A stretch of 64,000 nucleotides of DNA from assembly GCA_017499595.2 (NCBI GenBank), contig CM039004.1, forward strand, positions 1,302,001 to 1,366,000, read 5' to 3'. The notes under the pieces were generated by a model that saw only the letters and a program-made list of their open reading frames with translations, was not told the origin of the DNA and made no database searches. The position numbers and the translations under genes are program-made. Positions 37,890-51,900 of the stretch are shown in pieces. Position 1 is the stretch's first letter; each line of letters begins with the position of its first letter. Source of the stretch: Psilocybe cubensis. Taxonomy: Eukaryota.

Positions 37890-39486
37890 ATGAGAACTTT
37901 CTTTACCATGTTTGCAGGTATCTTGAGCCTGGTTGGCGTCAACGGATATCCGTTGGAACCACACGGCCACAACATGAGCCAAGATGCCGTTGGCAAATTC
38001 ATCTCTGAGGCCAAAAATGGTGTCCCTGCTGCGCCTCATTTTGTCATTTACAGCGATGCTCCTGTTTCTGGAGAGACTGGGCCTCCACCAGTTTCTCAAA
38101 TCCAAGTAGGTTGCGAAACTCGATGGTGAACATCCGGATGCTGACGTTGTGTCTCGCGCAGGGGTTCAACGTTTTGTGTGTTTTTCTCTGAATTGGCAGT
38201 TGAATTTGGCACTGACGAGCTAAACATAAAGCGCTCTATCGTTCCTTCTGACCAATGGTGCCTTTGATAAAGTTAGTAGCTTTATTCTACTGTGTTCAAA
38301 AACACATGCCAACCATTTCCTCCAGGCTTTGGAATGGACGAAATTAAGTGACTCTCAAAGGACAACTATCAAATCACAGTATGCAGCAGCGGGAATCAAG
38401 CTTATTGTTTCTGTGTTTGGGTCAACAGACGCCCCTACGACCAAAGGTGCCGATCCTGTTGCTACTGCAAACACTATGGCTGCTTGGGTGAAAAAATACC
38501 AGCTTGATGGTGTTGACGTGGATTATGAAGTAAATTTATTTTCAAATACCCTTTCCCATGGTAGACTTATTGTCATGTCAGGATTTTGATGCCATTAATG
38601 CAGGCAATGGGAAAGGAGAAGTATGTTACTTGCATACCATCCAAAGTTTATGCACTGACAAATTCCTCCAAGGCATGGTTGGCATCCTTTACAACTCAGC
38701 TCAGAACCCAACTTCCACAGGGAACTTACCTACTAACCCACGCTCGTAAGTGTAGTTCTATGCGTTCATATCATCCTAAATTTATTTTGTTAATAACTAT
38801 AGCTGTTGCACCATGGTAAATATTATGAACTTCCCGGCATCAATTCTTACAATGAATACCAACAGGTTCTCTCCTGGAAAGTTTGGAGGAGGCGCCTATC
38901 TGAAAGTTCATTCCACGGTTGGAAGTTTGATTGACTGGTACAATGTTCAGGCAAGTCTATTCATGGCTGTGTGTACCACTTTATTCCATATTTATGCATA
39001 TGTTACCACAGTTTTATAACCGTGGGTTCATCTACGATAATTTGGCTTCTGCTTCTGAACTGCTTCTAAACCCATACAGAGGGATCATCAGAGTACACGA
39101 CATGTACCGGCCTCCTTACCGCCTCTTCCAGTACTTGGCCTCAATCGTCTTTGTTCCAAATTTCTGCAAACGGCGTTCCACTCTCCAAACTGGTCATCGG
39201 AAAGCCAGCCCTGACATCTGACGCCAGCAATGGTTTCATGTCTACTTCAACACTGGCATCATGTGTTTCGCAGGCAAAGGCCAAAGGTTGGAGTAAGTTT
39301 TATTTATAAAGTGTTAATTGAAGATAGTTTATTGAACTATTTTCGTAGGCGCTGGAGTCATGGTCTGGGAGGTGAGCTGAGAATGGTGTCCAATATCTGA
39401 AAGAGTACGACTAACATTTGAACTAGTTCCCTGATGCTGCTGCATCTTGGATCAATGCGGTTCGTGCTCAAGCATTCCCAGAATAG
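37890..39486 (+). CDS. Secreted GH18 chitinase, copy 2 (12 exons; tandem paralogue)
   Basis: Signal peptide, KLIVSVFGS, LDGVDVDYE, IDWYNVQ/FYNQ, KLVIGKP and GVMVWEF. Intron positions match copy 1. Confidence 0.93.
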
Positions 39487-39652
39487 AGGAGGGAGTGAGG
39501 GGACAAAAGACGGCTTTCTGTAGTTATTCTACGGTCGAAATCTGTACTAGGGAACAAAGTAGATTGGAAAATACACGGTCCATGGTCACATCAAATGGAG
39601 GGAAGCCAGAAGTTCATTTCACTCAAATTAGTAGACTACGGCATGTTCCCTC

Positions 39653-40982
39653 TCAGTGTGATAGTGTTTCAATGAACAGTTGCTAGACGTTAGATAAATG
39701 TCAGTTAGCACATATCTTAATGTATAGATTGGCGACTCACGACGGCAGAAGCTGGCAAGTCGTTATTAAGATTGTATGCGGCGATATCACCAACGAAGAA
39801 AAGTTGATTCTGACAAGATTGTTGCATAAGTGATGTAAGAGAGTTAAGAGTAACCTTCTCTAGATGTGACTTACCTCGCGAATGTCGTACGCAAGGATTG
39901 TCGGAGGCCGTGAACCGTCTTCGTTGATCCATTGCGCTATGAATTATGGCATGAGTCGACAGTTCCCATTACTATACCTGGATGTTCCCGACTTACCGTG
40001 TAGCTCGTGGGTCTTTTTGTCAATGGTCCAAATGGCAGACTCTACGAAGGCTTGTCGGGCAGGGACTTTCGGGGGCGAGCCTTTGGGTGCTATGAAATGA
40101 TGTATCGATATCAGCGCTGGTAAATTACGTTTGATTTAAATTTCTTTTTAAACACACTCTTTTCAACGTTAGTAAATGGTACGGTTCTGATAAGATGGTG
40201 TGAGTGATCTAAATATTCATTCGCAAAATATCTGGAATTGCATACTCTCGACTTCCGGCAGCGAGTGTTGGAACGGTAAAAGCGTCAAAAGTTCCCGCTC
40301 CGACGTAAAAGGGAGGAGGAAAGGCAGGATTCTTAACAAATTCGAATCCAAGGTCAAAGTTTATCTCAAGGTTTGGAAAGCTACTCACAGTGGCAAGGAT
40401 ATTGATTTGCGTCGGGTCGCTGCGATGAAACGTCATTTTGACGATCAAATCTTCCTCGGGGCCCAGTGCATTGATTCCAGCACTATCATTGACAGTTATC
40501 ACTGCTTCCGACGTAGTTCGTAGAATTTGGAGCTTACATTGTCCCACCACCAGACCAGTTTCTGACATATCCTAAAATGTTACCATCTTGAGGATTTCTG
40601 ACTTGAAGGCGGCCAGTGATTCTAAAAGGATTAGAAATTTGAGAATTATTTCAACGATAATCAACGATAATTGCAGTTTCCATGGAACGTACGTTACAGA
40701 TGGTCCAACAGAAGGTGTCCCCTGTCTAGCATCTAGAAAGATAGAGAATAAAAAATGTTGCATAAAGAATATGTTGAAACATAGCTCACCTAGCCTAGGT
40801 GTTGGCGTAGTCGCACGGCGAGCAATGACTTTGTCTCGCAAAAATTTCGGTGGGTTGGGAGAGAGACCTCTAGCCAATCTCTGCGCATTGGTGCCAGGAT
40901 CCTCGAGAGGAGACGAAAACACCAAAACAGCGACCAGACCAAGTACCAACAAGATCGATGACCACAAGTTTCCTTTGAACAT
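39653..40982 (-). CDS. Small secreted protein of unknown function (~10 exons)
   Basis: Signal peptide MFKGNLWSSILLVLGLVAVLVFS, then TNAQRLARGLSPNPP. The spliced frame continues to ESAIWTIDKKTHELH/AQWINEDGSRPPT...NQLFFVGD...QLFIETLSH and TGA at 39653-39655. Confidence 0.8.
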
Positions 40983-41972
40983 CCTATCAATCGACACGAG
41001 GAGAGGATTGTCGGCCAGCTGATCACTTACTTCGTTCGCTTTATATTGGAAAGCAGCCAGCAGATTCTTGTCAGTATATCTAGTAGACCCCCGGAGGCAT
41101 CGGCAGAAAGATCGTCTTTGAAAAACCAGAAACACCATTTAATCGTGGTTTGCTGTACTTCTTCCGACGGATGGTGAATGGGATGTCGTCACAATCGATG
41201 CGGGATGTGCCCTTGCATGCAGTGCGTGAAAATTTCAGAGTCTAGACGCCAATCTTCCTTGATTGTGACGCAGCGGAAGTACCACAGGAAAGCCTCTTTG
41301 TATATCAAAGACTATCAAAGAATCTGAGGTTTCTGAGTGTGGCTATTGTTATAATGAATTGCCAATGTCACTGGTCGGTCAAAAACCGCCGCCTAACCAG
41401 ACAGGTATGTAAGATATCCCTGTCAAGTAATGTCAATCCAGTATACCATAGGCATGATAAGCCCCTTGTTCGGTGGAATCAACATGCGCGGTTATAAGAT
41501 TAATGCACCTCGGCATTATGAGGTCGAACGGATGGCGCATAGTGCTAATAATGCTCGCAGTCCAAGCTAACTGTCCTATCTTTCATGTAAATGATGATAT
41601 AGCGAGTCATTGAGTAGGATAGTATTCGACTGGAAGGAAGATGGTGTATGCAGGAGGTGAGTTGATGCGGCCTTGTAGTAAATGGCAGCCAACGCAGGCG
41701 GCCCTGGATAGGAAAGCGGGTGTGGCGGCCCGGAACATTACCTTGCACTGCCTGAGCTGGTTCCAACCAGGTTCCAACTAAAGTTGATAAGTTGATGAGG
41801 TTCACACAAGGCACCGAAAGATTGAAGAAATGCCATGTTTGTGAACTAATATGAAGGAATAAGTAAGTTATCATATGCTACTCGGCGGACCAGAGGCGTA
41901 TGTGCATGAAGAGTTGAATGAAACCAGATGGATGATGAGATGCATGTACACTAAACTATCGATGACAGAGGG

Positions 41973-41977
<5 letters not shown>

Positions 41978-42020
<43 letters not shown>

Positions 42021-42031
42021 GGGGGGGGGGG
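41978..42031. repeat. (GA)n microsatellite followed by a poly-G run
   Basis: About 19 GA units (41978-42015) followed by about 12 G, downstream of the kinase stop codon. Confidence 0.95.
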
Positions 42032-42427
42032 AGTCCAGAATCCAACCTTGATGATAATGAAAAAGTGTTTATGGTGATCAGTTGGGATCTAGTAAGGAAC
42101 TTGAATGTCAATTTGACGGTGATGGTTGTGGTGCGATTTGAGAGGATTGCAATGAAGAGAGAGATAAGGGAAAGGGATCCTAGGGTCCGAGGTACAAAGA
42201 GGAGAATGAAAGGAATAAAAACAACAAAAAGGATGCGATGCAGATTTAAAAGTACAGATATGCGAGTTTGTGCAAAAAATTTCCAATGATGCAAGGATAG
42301 GTAAAAACTCTTGCGGCCCTGAAACACAGAGAGTCAAACAAAAGCAAAAGAGTGTATGTACAAAATCAACGGAACAAAAGCACCGTGAAGCAGGAAATGT
42401 GGTTGAGAGGTTAAGGTGTTCACTCCC

Positions 42428-45400
42428 TTATTGAAGGTTACAAGAAGAGGAAGATGGCGACTTATTATTTTTTTGTTTCTTGTTCCTATTGCGAGGATCT
42501 ATAGGAAGAGCTCCTGGCAGATTATTTGTGTGGATATCATCATGTAAGTCGTTATGTGTCGTTCTAGTTTTCGTGGTGGTCGTATTCTCCAGCCGCCCAG
42601 AAGGAGCAGCTTTGTTAGATCGTGACTTATCCAACAACCCACCCTCTGAAGCAGGTCTTTTGGACTTGTCGGACTCGGCACCACCGGATATATGCGATCG
42701 TGGTCCAGTGTTCTGTCGACTGGAAAAACTCTCGGCGGCAGTAGCGGCACTTCGCATACTGCTCAGCGTCGTACTATTGCTGGTCATAGACTGAGGGCGA
42801 TCTGAGCGCCTCTGAAGCACGCGCCTTTTGGCAGGAGCATCGTCCGAGTCTTTAGAGGGAGGTGTTGGAACAGGTGATGAAGAAGCAGACGCTGCAGCAG
42901 GCTCGGGTGATAGATTGGAGCGAGATCGCTTGAATGCGGCCATGAATTTGAATGCAGTTGGCGGGTGGTCGACCGCATTGGATGAAGCCAATAGAGGAGG
43001 CTGTGGCGAATCCACACTGGTCCTTGGAGTGTTATGCTCGACAAAAGGCACATCTGACATGGCGACGTTTTGACCCACATCAAGACCCTCTGCGGGATTG
43101 GAGTATGCGCTAGCGGGGTTTCCCTTTTCCGCATACTGCGCATATAAAAGCAGTTGCGCTCGAAGGTCGCAAGTCGGAGGGGCATTAATAGCGCATTTTG
43201 CGTGTGATATGAGACTGCATTGAGAACATAAAACCGCGCTTTTTTTCACATTGGCCAAACACACCCGACACACCATCGCTACATAAAGAATAGCATTCTA
43301 ATCAAAAGATGAAAGACTTGTAGCATTTATAAAACTCACGTTTGCTAAAGGTAGTCTTTACAAATGTGTGTTCGCGGGGTAAAAAGTCGGGTTCAACTGG
43401 TCGCACAGATGACGCAGAGGTACGACGTCCCATAGGGGAATCACGCATGGGCGATCCAGAAATTGGAGTATCAGGTAAATCCATCTGCGCTAGATATCTG
43501 ACAGCATCCGATTTATGAAGATCCGTGCTGACCCGCCGCAGGAAAGGTATGCTATCCTGTGGCCGCAGCTCCTAAATGATCACATTGCATTTGTCAGCAC
43601 TCCGTTTTAAAATCGTGGTTACGACACAAGCATTACCTTGAGAGCTACCCAGTTGTTTTTTAGCCAAGGATGCTCACACAGAGTCTCTGCATCAGGTCGG
43701 CGTGTAGGATCCTTATGGAAACACTGCTCCAGGAAGTCTTTCAGTAGCTCTGAGCAACCTTCTGGCATGGGTGGCATTTCGTCTTCAACAATTCGGAACA
43801 TCACTATAAACAGACCCCAGAAATAATTTTTATCAGTAAAATAGCATCTCCACTAGGCTAAGCCGAAAGCAAGAAGAAAAGCATACCAGACATGCTATTG
43901 GCAATATCAGCATATGGTGGTCGGCCTGTCAAAAGCTCGATCACGGTACACCCCAAAGACCAGATATCCGACTTTGTAGAGGCCCCTTTCAGTTCAATAA
44001 CTTCTGGTGCCATCCAATTCGGTGTCCCAGCAACGTCCTTGATCTCCCTCTCCATCGCTCGGAGATTAAGCGAAACTCCAAAATCAGAAAGCTTCACGTT
44101 CCCGTTCTTGGTCGTCAATATATTAGCCGCCTTTAGATCACAATGCACTACATCGCTAGTATGGAGATAGTGCAAACCCTCGAGGATCTTTACCACGTAG
44201 CTGGCAACCAGCTTTTCGTTGAGCTTGCCAAATGATTTGAGCGTCTGACCGAGGGATCCGTTCTCAGCATACCTAGACGGTGAAGAGAATGATTCGATAA
44301 GCAAGCGAGCGGTGACTAATTCAGAGATAAAATACCCACTCTAGAACGATGCTCAGTGTGTCATCGTCTCGTGCCATGCCTTCATATTTGACTATGCTTG
44401 GATGAGACAAGCTCTTGACGAGATCAACTTCTCGCATGAGGGTAGTAACCTCCTCCTCCTTGAGGCCCTCCAATCTGATACGCTTAACGGCGACCATTTG
44501 CCCGGTGTTGAGATTCAATGCACGATACACCGACCCAAATTGACCACGTCCAATGCAATTCCCCAATTGCTAATTTGAGAAATGAAAAAAATGAGGGCAA
44601 GGAAAGTCAGCATAACCACAAGCTCCAAGGAAATAAGGGAAGTAATCAAGACGAAGGGGGATGAAAAGGAGAAAATAGGCTCACAAAATGCGTTGGCGGC
44701 TTTCCATCTTCCCGTACCACGAGCCTCATCCTGACTGCGCTCCCATCTATCGAGTCTCGAGACATCAAATCGCTAGCACTTGTCGTACCAGATGCAACAC
44801 CCAAATTCACCATACTTTCAAATCTCGAACGCTGTGGTCTTCCACCCAACTCATCATACGAGCTCGGCCTCGCCTTTCTCCTAGCACTCCCTTCCACATC
44901 ACTCTGGAATCTGCCCCTGACCATGCGCGGTTGTTCGCCCACATTTTCACCAAATGAGGATCGAGGCGAAGGATCCCCCGACGCAGAAATCGACCGGGGA
45001 AAAGGCACGCTCCCGGCGGAGCTAGGCGGGTCCTCCAGGCCATTGCTACCCTTCGCCATCCGCCCAGAGACGCCGCTGTTAGCTGAGGTAGATCCAACTC
45101 CAGGTTTGGTACTATTTCGCCTGATCACGACTCTGCCCGACGAAGACACAGAGGCACTGTCAGGGCTTGCTTCACGCCGCAATATTGACTCTTTCGGCAG
45201 AAGCACACTCCCTCCTACATTCCCATTCAATCCGCCATTCCCTCCGCCCACTCCAACAGGTGAATCTATACTATGCCTGGGCCTATGTGTCGGCCTCCTA
45301 GGCAACTGCGCATACGGCCCATCTCCCACACCCTCTCCAGATACTCTCCTCGAGACAATCGCCAGCTTCCGCGGCGGTGATATTGACACGGGTGTCGAGG

Positions 45401-48400
45401 GTGACGGCGACGGCGATTCCTCTCTGTCCTGCAAATATGGATGACGTTGATGATGATGCTGTGATTTGGCGGGGATCGATTGAGGTTGAGTCTTATTTTG
45501 CGGTTGCGAAGAGGAAGATATAGGGGCAGAAGAAGAAGCAGGATTCACAGGCGCTTGGAACGCATCGAGAAAGTCATCAGGCCATTTCCCCTTTCGCAGG
45601 TACACAGCAGTTGGTTTGTCGCCGGTTGGAGGAGGAAAGATATTCTGCTCCTGCGATCTCGACCTGCCTTGCAACACCATCGGCGCCCTCTTCGTATACG
45701 CACCACGCTGTCCCTTTGACGATACGGTCTCTTCTGCTTCCTCCGCTACTCGCGACAGGTCCAATAACGGTGCTTCACTCAACTTTCGCTCCCTGCTATA
45801 TTTCCCATGCCCGTTTCCATTACCATTCCCAATACTGTTCCCCAGACTATCACCCGATACCCGGCGCTTCATCGCCAGCATTGCCTCGAGTTCCTCGCTC
45901 ATCGCACTTCCCTCAGTCCTCGATATCGACGGTGCCTCGCTCGTGAAATCCGTCGTCACCGTTCTGATCGTGCCGTACTTGTGGTGGCTGCCATTGCCAT
46001 TTCCATTTCCAGTACTGCCGCTGTATCCATAACCATACCCATTGCCCGCACTTTGCCCACCTCCAAACAAGCTACTACTCCTCCCGCCATCCAACAAACT
46101 CGACTTGGCGCTTGTCAACGTCGTCTCTGCTTCCGATACAGCGACTGACAGCGCGGACGATGCAATACTCTGTCGCATCTGCATCCTTTGCTGCGAGAGC
46201 CCAGAACCGAGGCCTGGAGAACCAGGGTGTGGAGGGTGTCCATATCCATGCCCTGGCCTACTAGTAGAAGGAAGGATCAGTTCATCCCTGATAGACGCAT
46301 CTCCTATGGATGCTCTGGTTGAGTCTGCTATGGAGTCACGTAGAGAAGGTGACGTAGGTACTGCTACTGTACCAGAGGTGGAAATAGAAGGAGATGCTGT
46401 GAGTCCTCCGGAAGTGGAAGATGCAGAGGCAGAAACCCTGCGTTTCGTCGGTGTTACCGCCGCCGTCACGGGCGTCTTATTCGGAGAAGACGAAGTGACC
46501 CTCGAATTTGCGAGTGCCAAACCTGATGCATCCTCGACGCGTTTCATGGACGGCTTGCGCAGAGGAGAGCGGGGCGGCGGTGGTGGTCCCATCATAGGGA
46601 CCGGCGCTGTTTTAAACTCCGCCTCCTCTCCGGCATCTTCATCTTCTTCCCCTGTTTCTTCCTCCTCAAACTCATAGGTGCCTCGTCCTCTAACCACCTT
46701 GGCTCCCTTCTGTGAGTTAATTACTAGCTTCGACCGACTGGCTTCTCTTGCCGTAGCATCGGCAACTGTCGACCCCGACCCAGATCCACTCCCGTGGACG
46801 CTATTCTCTGGGCTACTTGATCGCAAAGGTGTCATGTCCTCGGGCGGGCTCCACCGTTTACGCGTTGGGGATGATGGGGGTTGGTATATTTGATGGGCTG
46901 CCAACAAATTCGGTGTTGAAGCTGACCCGCGCGAGGATATTGAACCAATCGTGCCGTATGGACTTCTACTCCCCGACGTAGACGCTGAAGACGAGAGCTG
47001 ACCACCCCCTGAAGATTGCGAATGCGAATGAGAGGGACTCATGCCACCACCCCTAATCCACTTCCCCTTCTGCCTCTCACGTATCCGATCTTCTTCACTC
47101 TCTTCGGAAAACGCGACCAGTTTGATAACCGTCTTCGCTACTCTAACCGCTGCATCTTTATTATTCGTAATCTCCATTAAATCGTCGCGTAAAAAGAGAT
47201 CCTCAGACGGTAGCCCATACGACGCGCATGCCGCGAGAAATTTGGTCACGTTTGCTGTGCGTACAACGCCGTCTTCACGCGCGTCTGGGCGCACAATCGA
47301 ACTTTGTCGTAACTTGTTCATCAATCTGTACAAGTGCCAAAAAGACGCGTCTTTAATTTAAAAAATCAAGGGGAAGACAAAACAACGCACTGGCATAACA
47401 CATAACCATCTCTTAGTGCCTCGCAAAACAGTTTTCGTTCCTTGTCCTCTCCTGATAAACCCGAAGAGGTGACATCCACAGAACTCCGTCTTGCCGTTGA
47501 TGCAACACCTTTCGCCCAACCTTTTTCAAGGCGAACAAGATTTCTAGTCCTGACCTCGACTTCTTCCCAATCTCTTATCCCTTGCTCGGTGCGGCACATG
47601 TGATGAGGTGGCTTCTGTACCTGCTTGCAGATCAGGGTCGTGGCCGTGCGGATGAGATCTCGGGGCGTGGCGTCCTCGCCCCGAGTAGGAGTAGGAGGTG
47701 GATGATTATTTGACAGAACCAAGGAACCCGAAGATATATTGAAATGTCTATTCTGCGCATAAGAACGCTGAGTTGGTGATATTGCTCTCGGCCGGATAAC
47801 GGGCGACGGTGATGGGGATTCATTTCTTCGCAAACCGATAGGTGAATCGCGAGATGAACGGCGTGGTGTAGCGTCTATGGACGGCCGACGGGGTGCATCT
47901 AAGGAGGGACGCTTGGAAGGGTCTAGTGAGGGACGCCGGCGGGTCGGCGTCGGAGGGGGACTCGGTGAGGATGTGAGCGGAAGATGGGTTGCGGAGGCCG
48001 AGGTTAATCCTCTTGGAGGAGTGACTTGGGTGGATCTGGTGGCAGCTGAAGGGGATCGGGGACGGAGGGCACTGGAAGGCGCTGCACGTGGGGTGATGGG
48101 CGATGGTCGCAGAGACGTACCCCGTGCGAGGTGTCCGTTTCCTCGAGGAGAAGGGGTATCTGGGGTATCTCGATCTCGATCTTTGCGTGGGCGAGTAGGG
48201 GTGGATGAACCGTGCAGGGGAAGAGAGGGCGATGAGGGGGACGGTGGAACGGGTGCGTTGGACTTTGAAGAGGATCGATGGCGAGTAGAGGGCTCCTTGG
48301 AGGCGGCGGAGTGCTGTGCATGTGTGTTTAGCTGCAGGCTGGGCTTGGAGGAGCGTTGTCGTGTAGGAGACACGAGGCCATCTGTGTTGCTCGATGAGGA

Positions 48401-48907
48401 CAGGGGGACAGCAGGCTGGGACTTTGGCGAGGGGAGTGCCTGGGATGACAAATGCAGGGCGGGCGAGGACATGGAGGCAAGCCTCATTGACGGTGTGATG
48501 AAACTCGTGACCCCCGCGACTCGGCCCTGGTTTGTGGGCGGGTTGGGCGAAGGGGTCGCCGACTCCCTGCGACGGAAGGTGACTCTTCTGAGCATGCCCA
48601 TCTTCTCCCTCTCCTTCTCCTGGGGCGGCGGCGGCTCATCCTTTGCCTTGCCCTTGCCCTTTGCAGTGAGAGTGGCAAACTCGTCGACGGGGGGCGGGGC
48701 CTTTTTGGAACGTGTAGCAGTCCTGATGCTCTGCTCGAGGGACGATTTGAGACGGCGAAAAGCTTTCGTCGAGGGCTCTGGGGATGGGGCCGGGCTATCT
48801 GGGGAGTGCGAGGAGGACGAGGAGGGGATGGGTGAGCTCGCCGCGACCCGCGGTGACCTGTGGAAGGGCGCGGAGGGCTTCGGGTTGGGCAGGACGGCGG
48901 TGGCCAT
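42428..48907 (-). CDS. Cdc15/Cdc7/SepH-like STE kinase with an upstream calponin-homology domain and a C-terminal C1 domain
   Basis: Kinase motifs [31 protein letters not shown] and [15 protein letters not shown]-like [14 protein letters not shown]...[19 protein letters not shown]1-like HTF...CRVC...CSQC...H.KC...C. The first ATG is at 48907; the ORF-track start at 48991 is TTG. Confidence 0.9.
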
Positions 48908-51900
48908 GACTGCCTGTGGGTGAAACAGACAAGTCGCGAATGCTGTAGTCTGGCTTGCCTGTTGGCGCGCTAGAGCAAACAGGTGACCCAACTCGGCGAT
49001 TTCCTAATTGGGTAGTGCAGATGATGATGAAGGGATGACGCAGTTATCCCCGGATTCACAGGCGAAGAATCCCGCCTCTGCGCCCGACCTTCGTCTTGCA
49101 CGCCAAAATAGACTGTCTCTGCTCTTATGTTTTCCGCTCCTCCAATATGTCGCTCTTTCCTCCCAGACCACATCGGACCACCACATTCATCTGGGGATCC
49201 AGCAATGCTCCGAGCCACCATCCATCACAAGCACACATGTTCCTCTGGTAATTATATCACAACCCTCGTCACAAGTGCAGTCATCGCTGCGGCCCGACAA
49301 TGTTCCCCATATACCCCCCTCCACCACTGTTGGCCAAGCTTTCGGAACGTGTATATTTTCTATCACTTCTATTCCTCTTTGGGTCGATAACACCTATCAT
49401 TTCTATACATATAAACCATCCTAACTTTGGCGATAACAAGTGATAGCCTCATCCACGCGTCGGACGGCTCTGCCACTGTGTGAATCTGACATGCTCATTA
49501 GCGTCACTTCCCTCGTAGCCGGGCACATTAGTCGCACACGCTCCTCACTTTGACATTTAAGCATCATTGTCAATTTCTGAAATTCTTCCACGCACACTGC
49601 CCTGTATCTCCACGCTCTTCCACCCACCTGTCCTGTTGCTCTTCATCGTCCATCTATGACATTCTTTTCCAATGCCCGAACTGATGTTTCGATAGACCCA
49701 TTCCATTTGCATTTTTCCCATACTGCAAATACAAAGCACGCTTCTATCTTATCACCTATTTTGCAGGGCCTCGATAACAGTGCCCACCAGCCGCCACAAG
49801 GTTCCCTATTCCAGTGTCTTCTCTGTATTTTGGCGCCATATGCTTCAAGAATAACACCTTTGCAAACCGCACCAATATCTGACTACTTTCCCAACCTTCA
49901 ATTGCAAACGATAAAACTGAAAAATAAAATATTACTTTTCTCAATGCATTCAGAACAAGACTCAACAACTCATCAATCGTACATACACTTTCGCCGTTAT
50001 AATTAGGCCCATACAGTGGATGGTTCTCGAATTACAAACGTTTCTTTTTCGGTATTCTGTGCATATCGAAATCCGTGATGTGCTTCTTCATGAGAATTTC
50101 TGCGTAAAGTCTGCACGGCTTCTTCACGGCGTCCGATGCGATCACACTCCAGAGAATGCTACTAGTGTTTGCCACTGTCAACGTCTCTATCCTTTCGATG
50201 TCAGGGCTCAACACTCGCGGGAGAATGGCTTGCACCCGAGCACGACGCGGCCCCTAATCGCGACATAGGAGGCAATATCGCGTACGGCCAGCGTGCTCCT
50301 GGGACAGTAATAACTGATCTACGACGACAGAAACCAAAATCACAAACTGCGGCGGCGATAAAGCTGAGTAAAATCAAAAAAGACTCAGCGAGGACATCGA
50401 GATTTTCTACGGCCTATACATATACCAGCCAGTAGCTTACAGCTTAGCCACAGTGTCCGACCAATCTCCTTGAATGCAACGACACGGTCACGATATGAAC
50501 GCTCTTTAAATAATCCTCCACTCTTGTTCTCGACGCTCTCTTAATTATAAACGGTGATAATACCGCATAAATACGATGTTCAATTTCGCGCGCTCCGGAC
50601 ATATGACTCGTAGAATACCCACGGACTTAGGAGATGTCCCAATGCAGATTCTGAAGGCAGAGAGATTATTCAATTGTGCGAAGGAGTTTAGCAAGCCGAT
50701 GGACTGGATCGAATTATAAAAATTAAAATGGAAAAACGGCATGGTGGCATGGTGGATATCAGAAGACAGGAAGAACCAGTGTCCTCTTAGATCAAGTGTA
50801 TACATTTGTTTTCGGTTCTGTCTCTGTCGAGAGCGTGTATAAAATACTCGGGACTGGATGCACATATTGTTCCTGGTTCAAAATAACAACGCGCTGACTC
50901 TCTCCAAGTCGCATTCGCTCGGTCACCGTATGGACCACATCCAAACCTGTATTCCTACAACTTTGCGGTGCTAAGTTCTCAAATGTCATTCTATTTGCCA
51001 GCTACCCCAACTGAGCTCACATGGAAAGCTACTGTGATTCTGGATTCCGGAAGAAAGAAGAATCGACGCCTCGACGAAAACAGTCCCATTAAAATCCAAT
51101 CCTAGCGCTAATTGATACTCGAGTCCGCCTTCCATCTTGTTTTCCTTCATCAACGGCGGCACTTCGCTCTTTCCTCGAGTCATGATTCGGACTGAAATGT
51201 CGAGGACTAAAATAAGGGTGGCGTGAATAGGTTCAATCATGATATACGAGTTGAAATCACTACCTATGAGCCATATACCTATCTTCCATTTAATTTTATT
51301 CCCATTAAAGTTACAAAACTGGATACGTACGTGTAAAATGTCGATACCTCCAACTCATGTGTATATCGAAGCTATTTATATCTCATTGGCGGTCCCACTC
51401 TCCCAATACGAGCGATAGCGATTTGAAGGTGTCTCTCATCCGGTATATCATAGCCGTATGCTATCCAAAAGATAAATATTTAAATCACTATGGGACATAA
51501 TGATACATAAGGTGAAAAAAGTGCTAACGGTGGGCAAGTCTGTGGAAAGGCTGGGCCTTCAAAAACGATTTTTTAAAAAAGGGAACGAAGAAGCAAAATA
51601 CTCAGTTTGAGGAGGTTACATAATCTTTCCGTCTTACAAAAGACTGAATGGGTAGAAGGACATAGTCAGAGGACTACATAATTGGGATGGGCGGACTTAG
51701 CTTTGTTGGGCACCCTTTGTTTGAATGCATAGTACTATAACATAGCCTCTTTCCCACTTCGGTCTCATTATTGGGAAGAAATACTTCGTTTGTGTGTTGG
51801 TAGCACTCAGTAGATTGTCCCCTGGAGCTCAATACAGTACTCTTAAATTTTCAATCCACGTAAGGACATCTCTCAATTAAGGCGCGAATCTGAGACCGAT

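Noticed and set aside
47877-48923. Long antisense or alternate-frame ORFs (also 28596-29636, 29225-30106, 19534-20349, 46042-46677)
   Set aside because: They are shadows of GC-rich, low-complexity coding sequence on the opposite strand.
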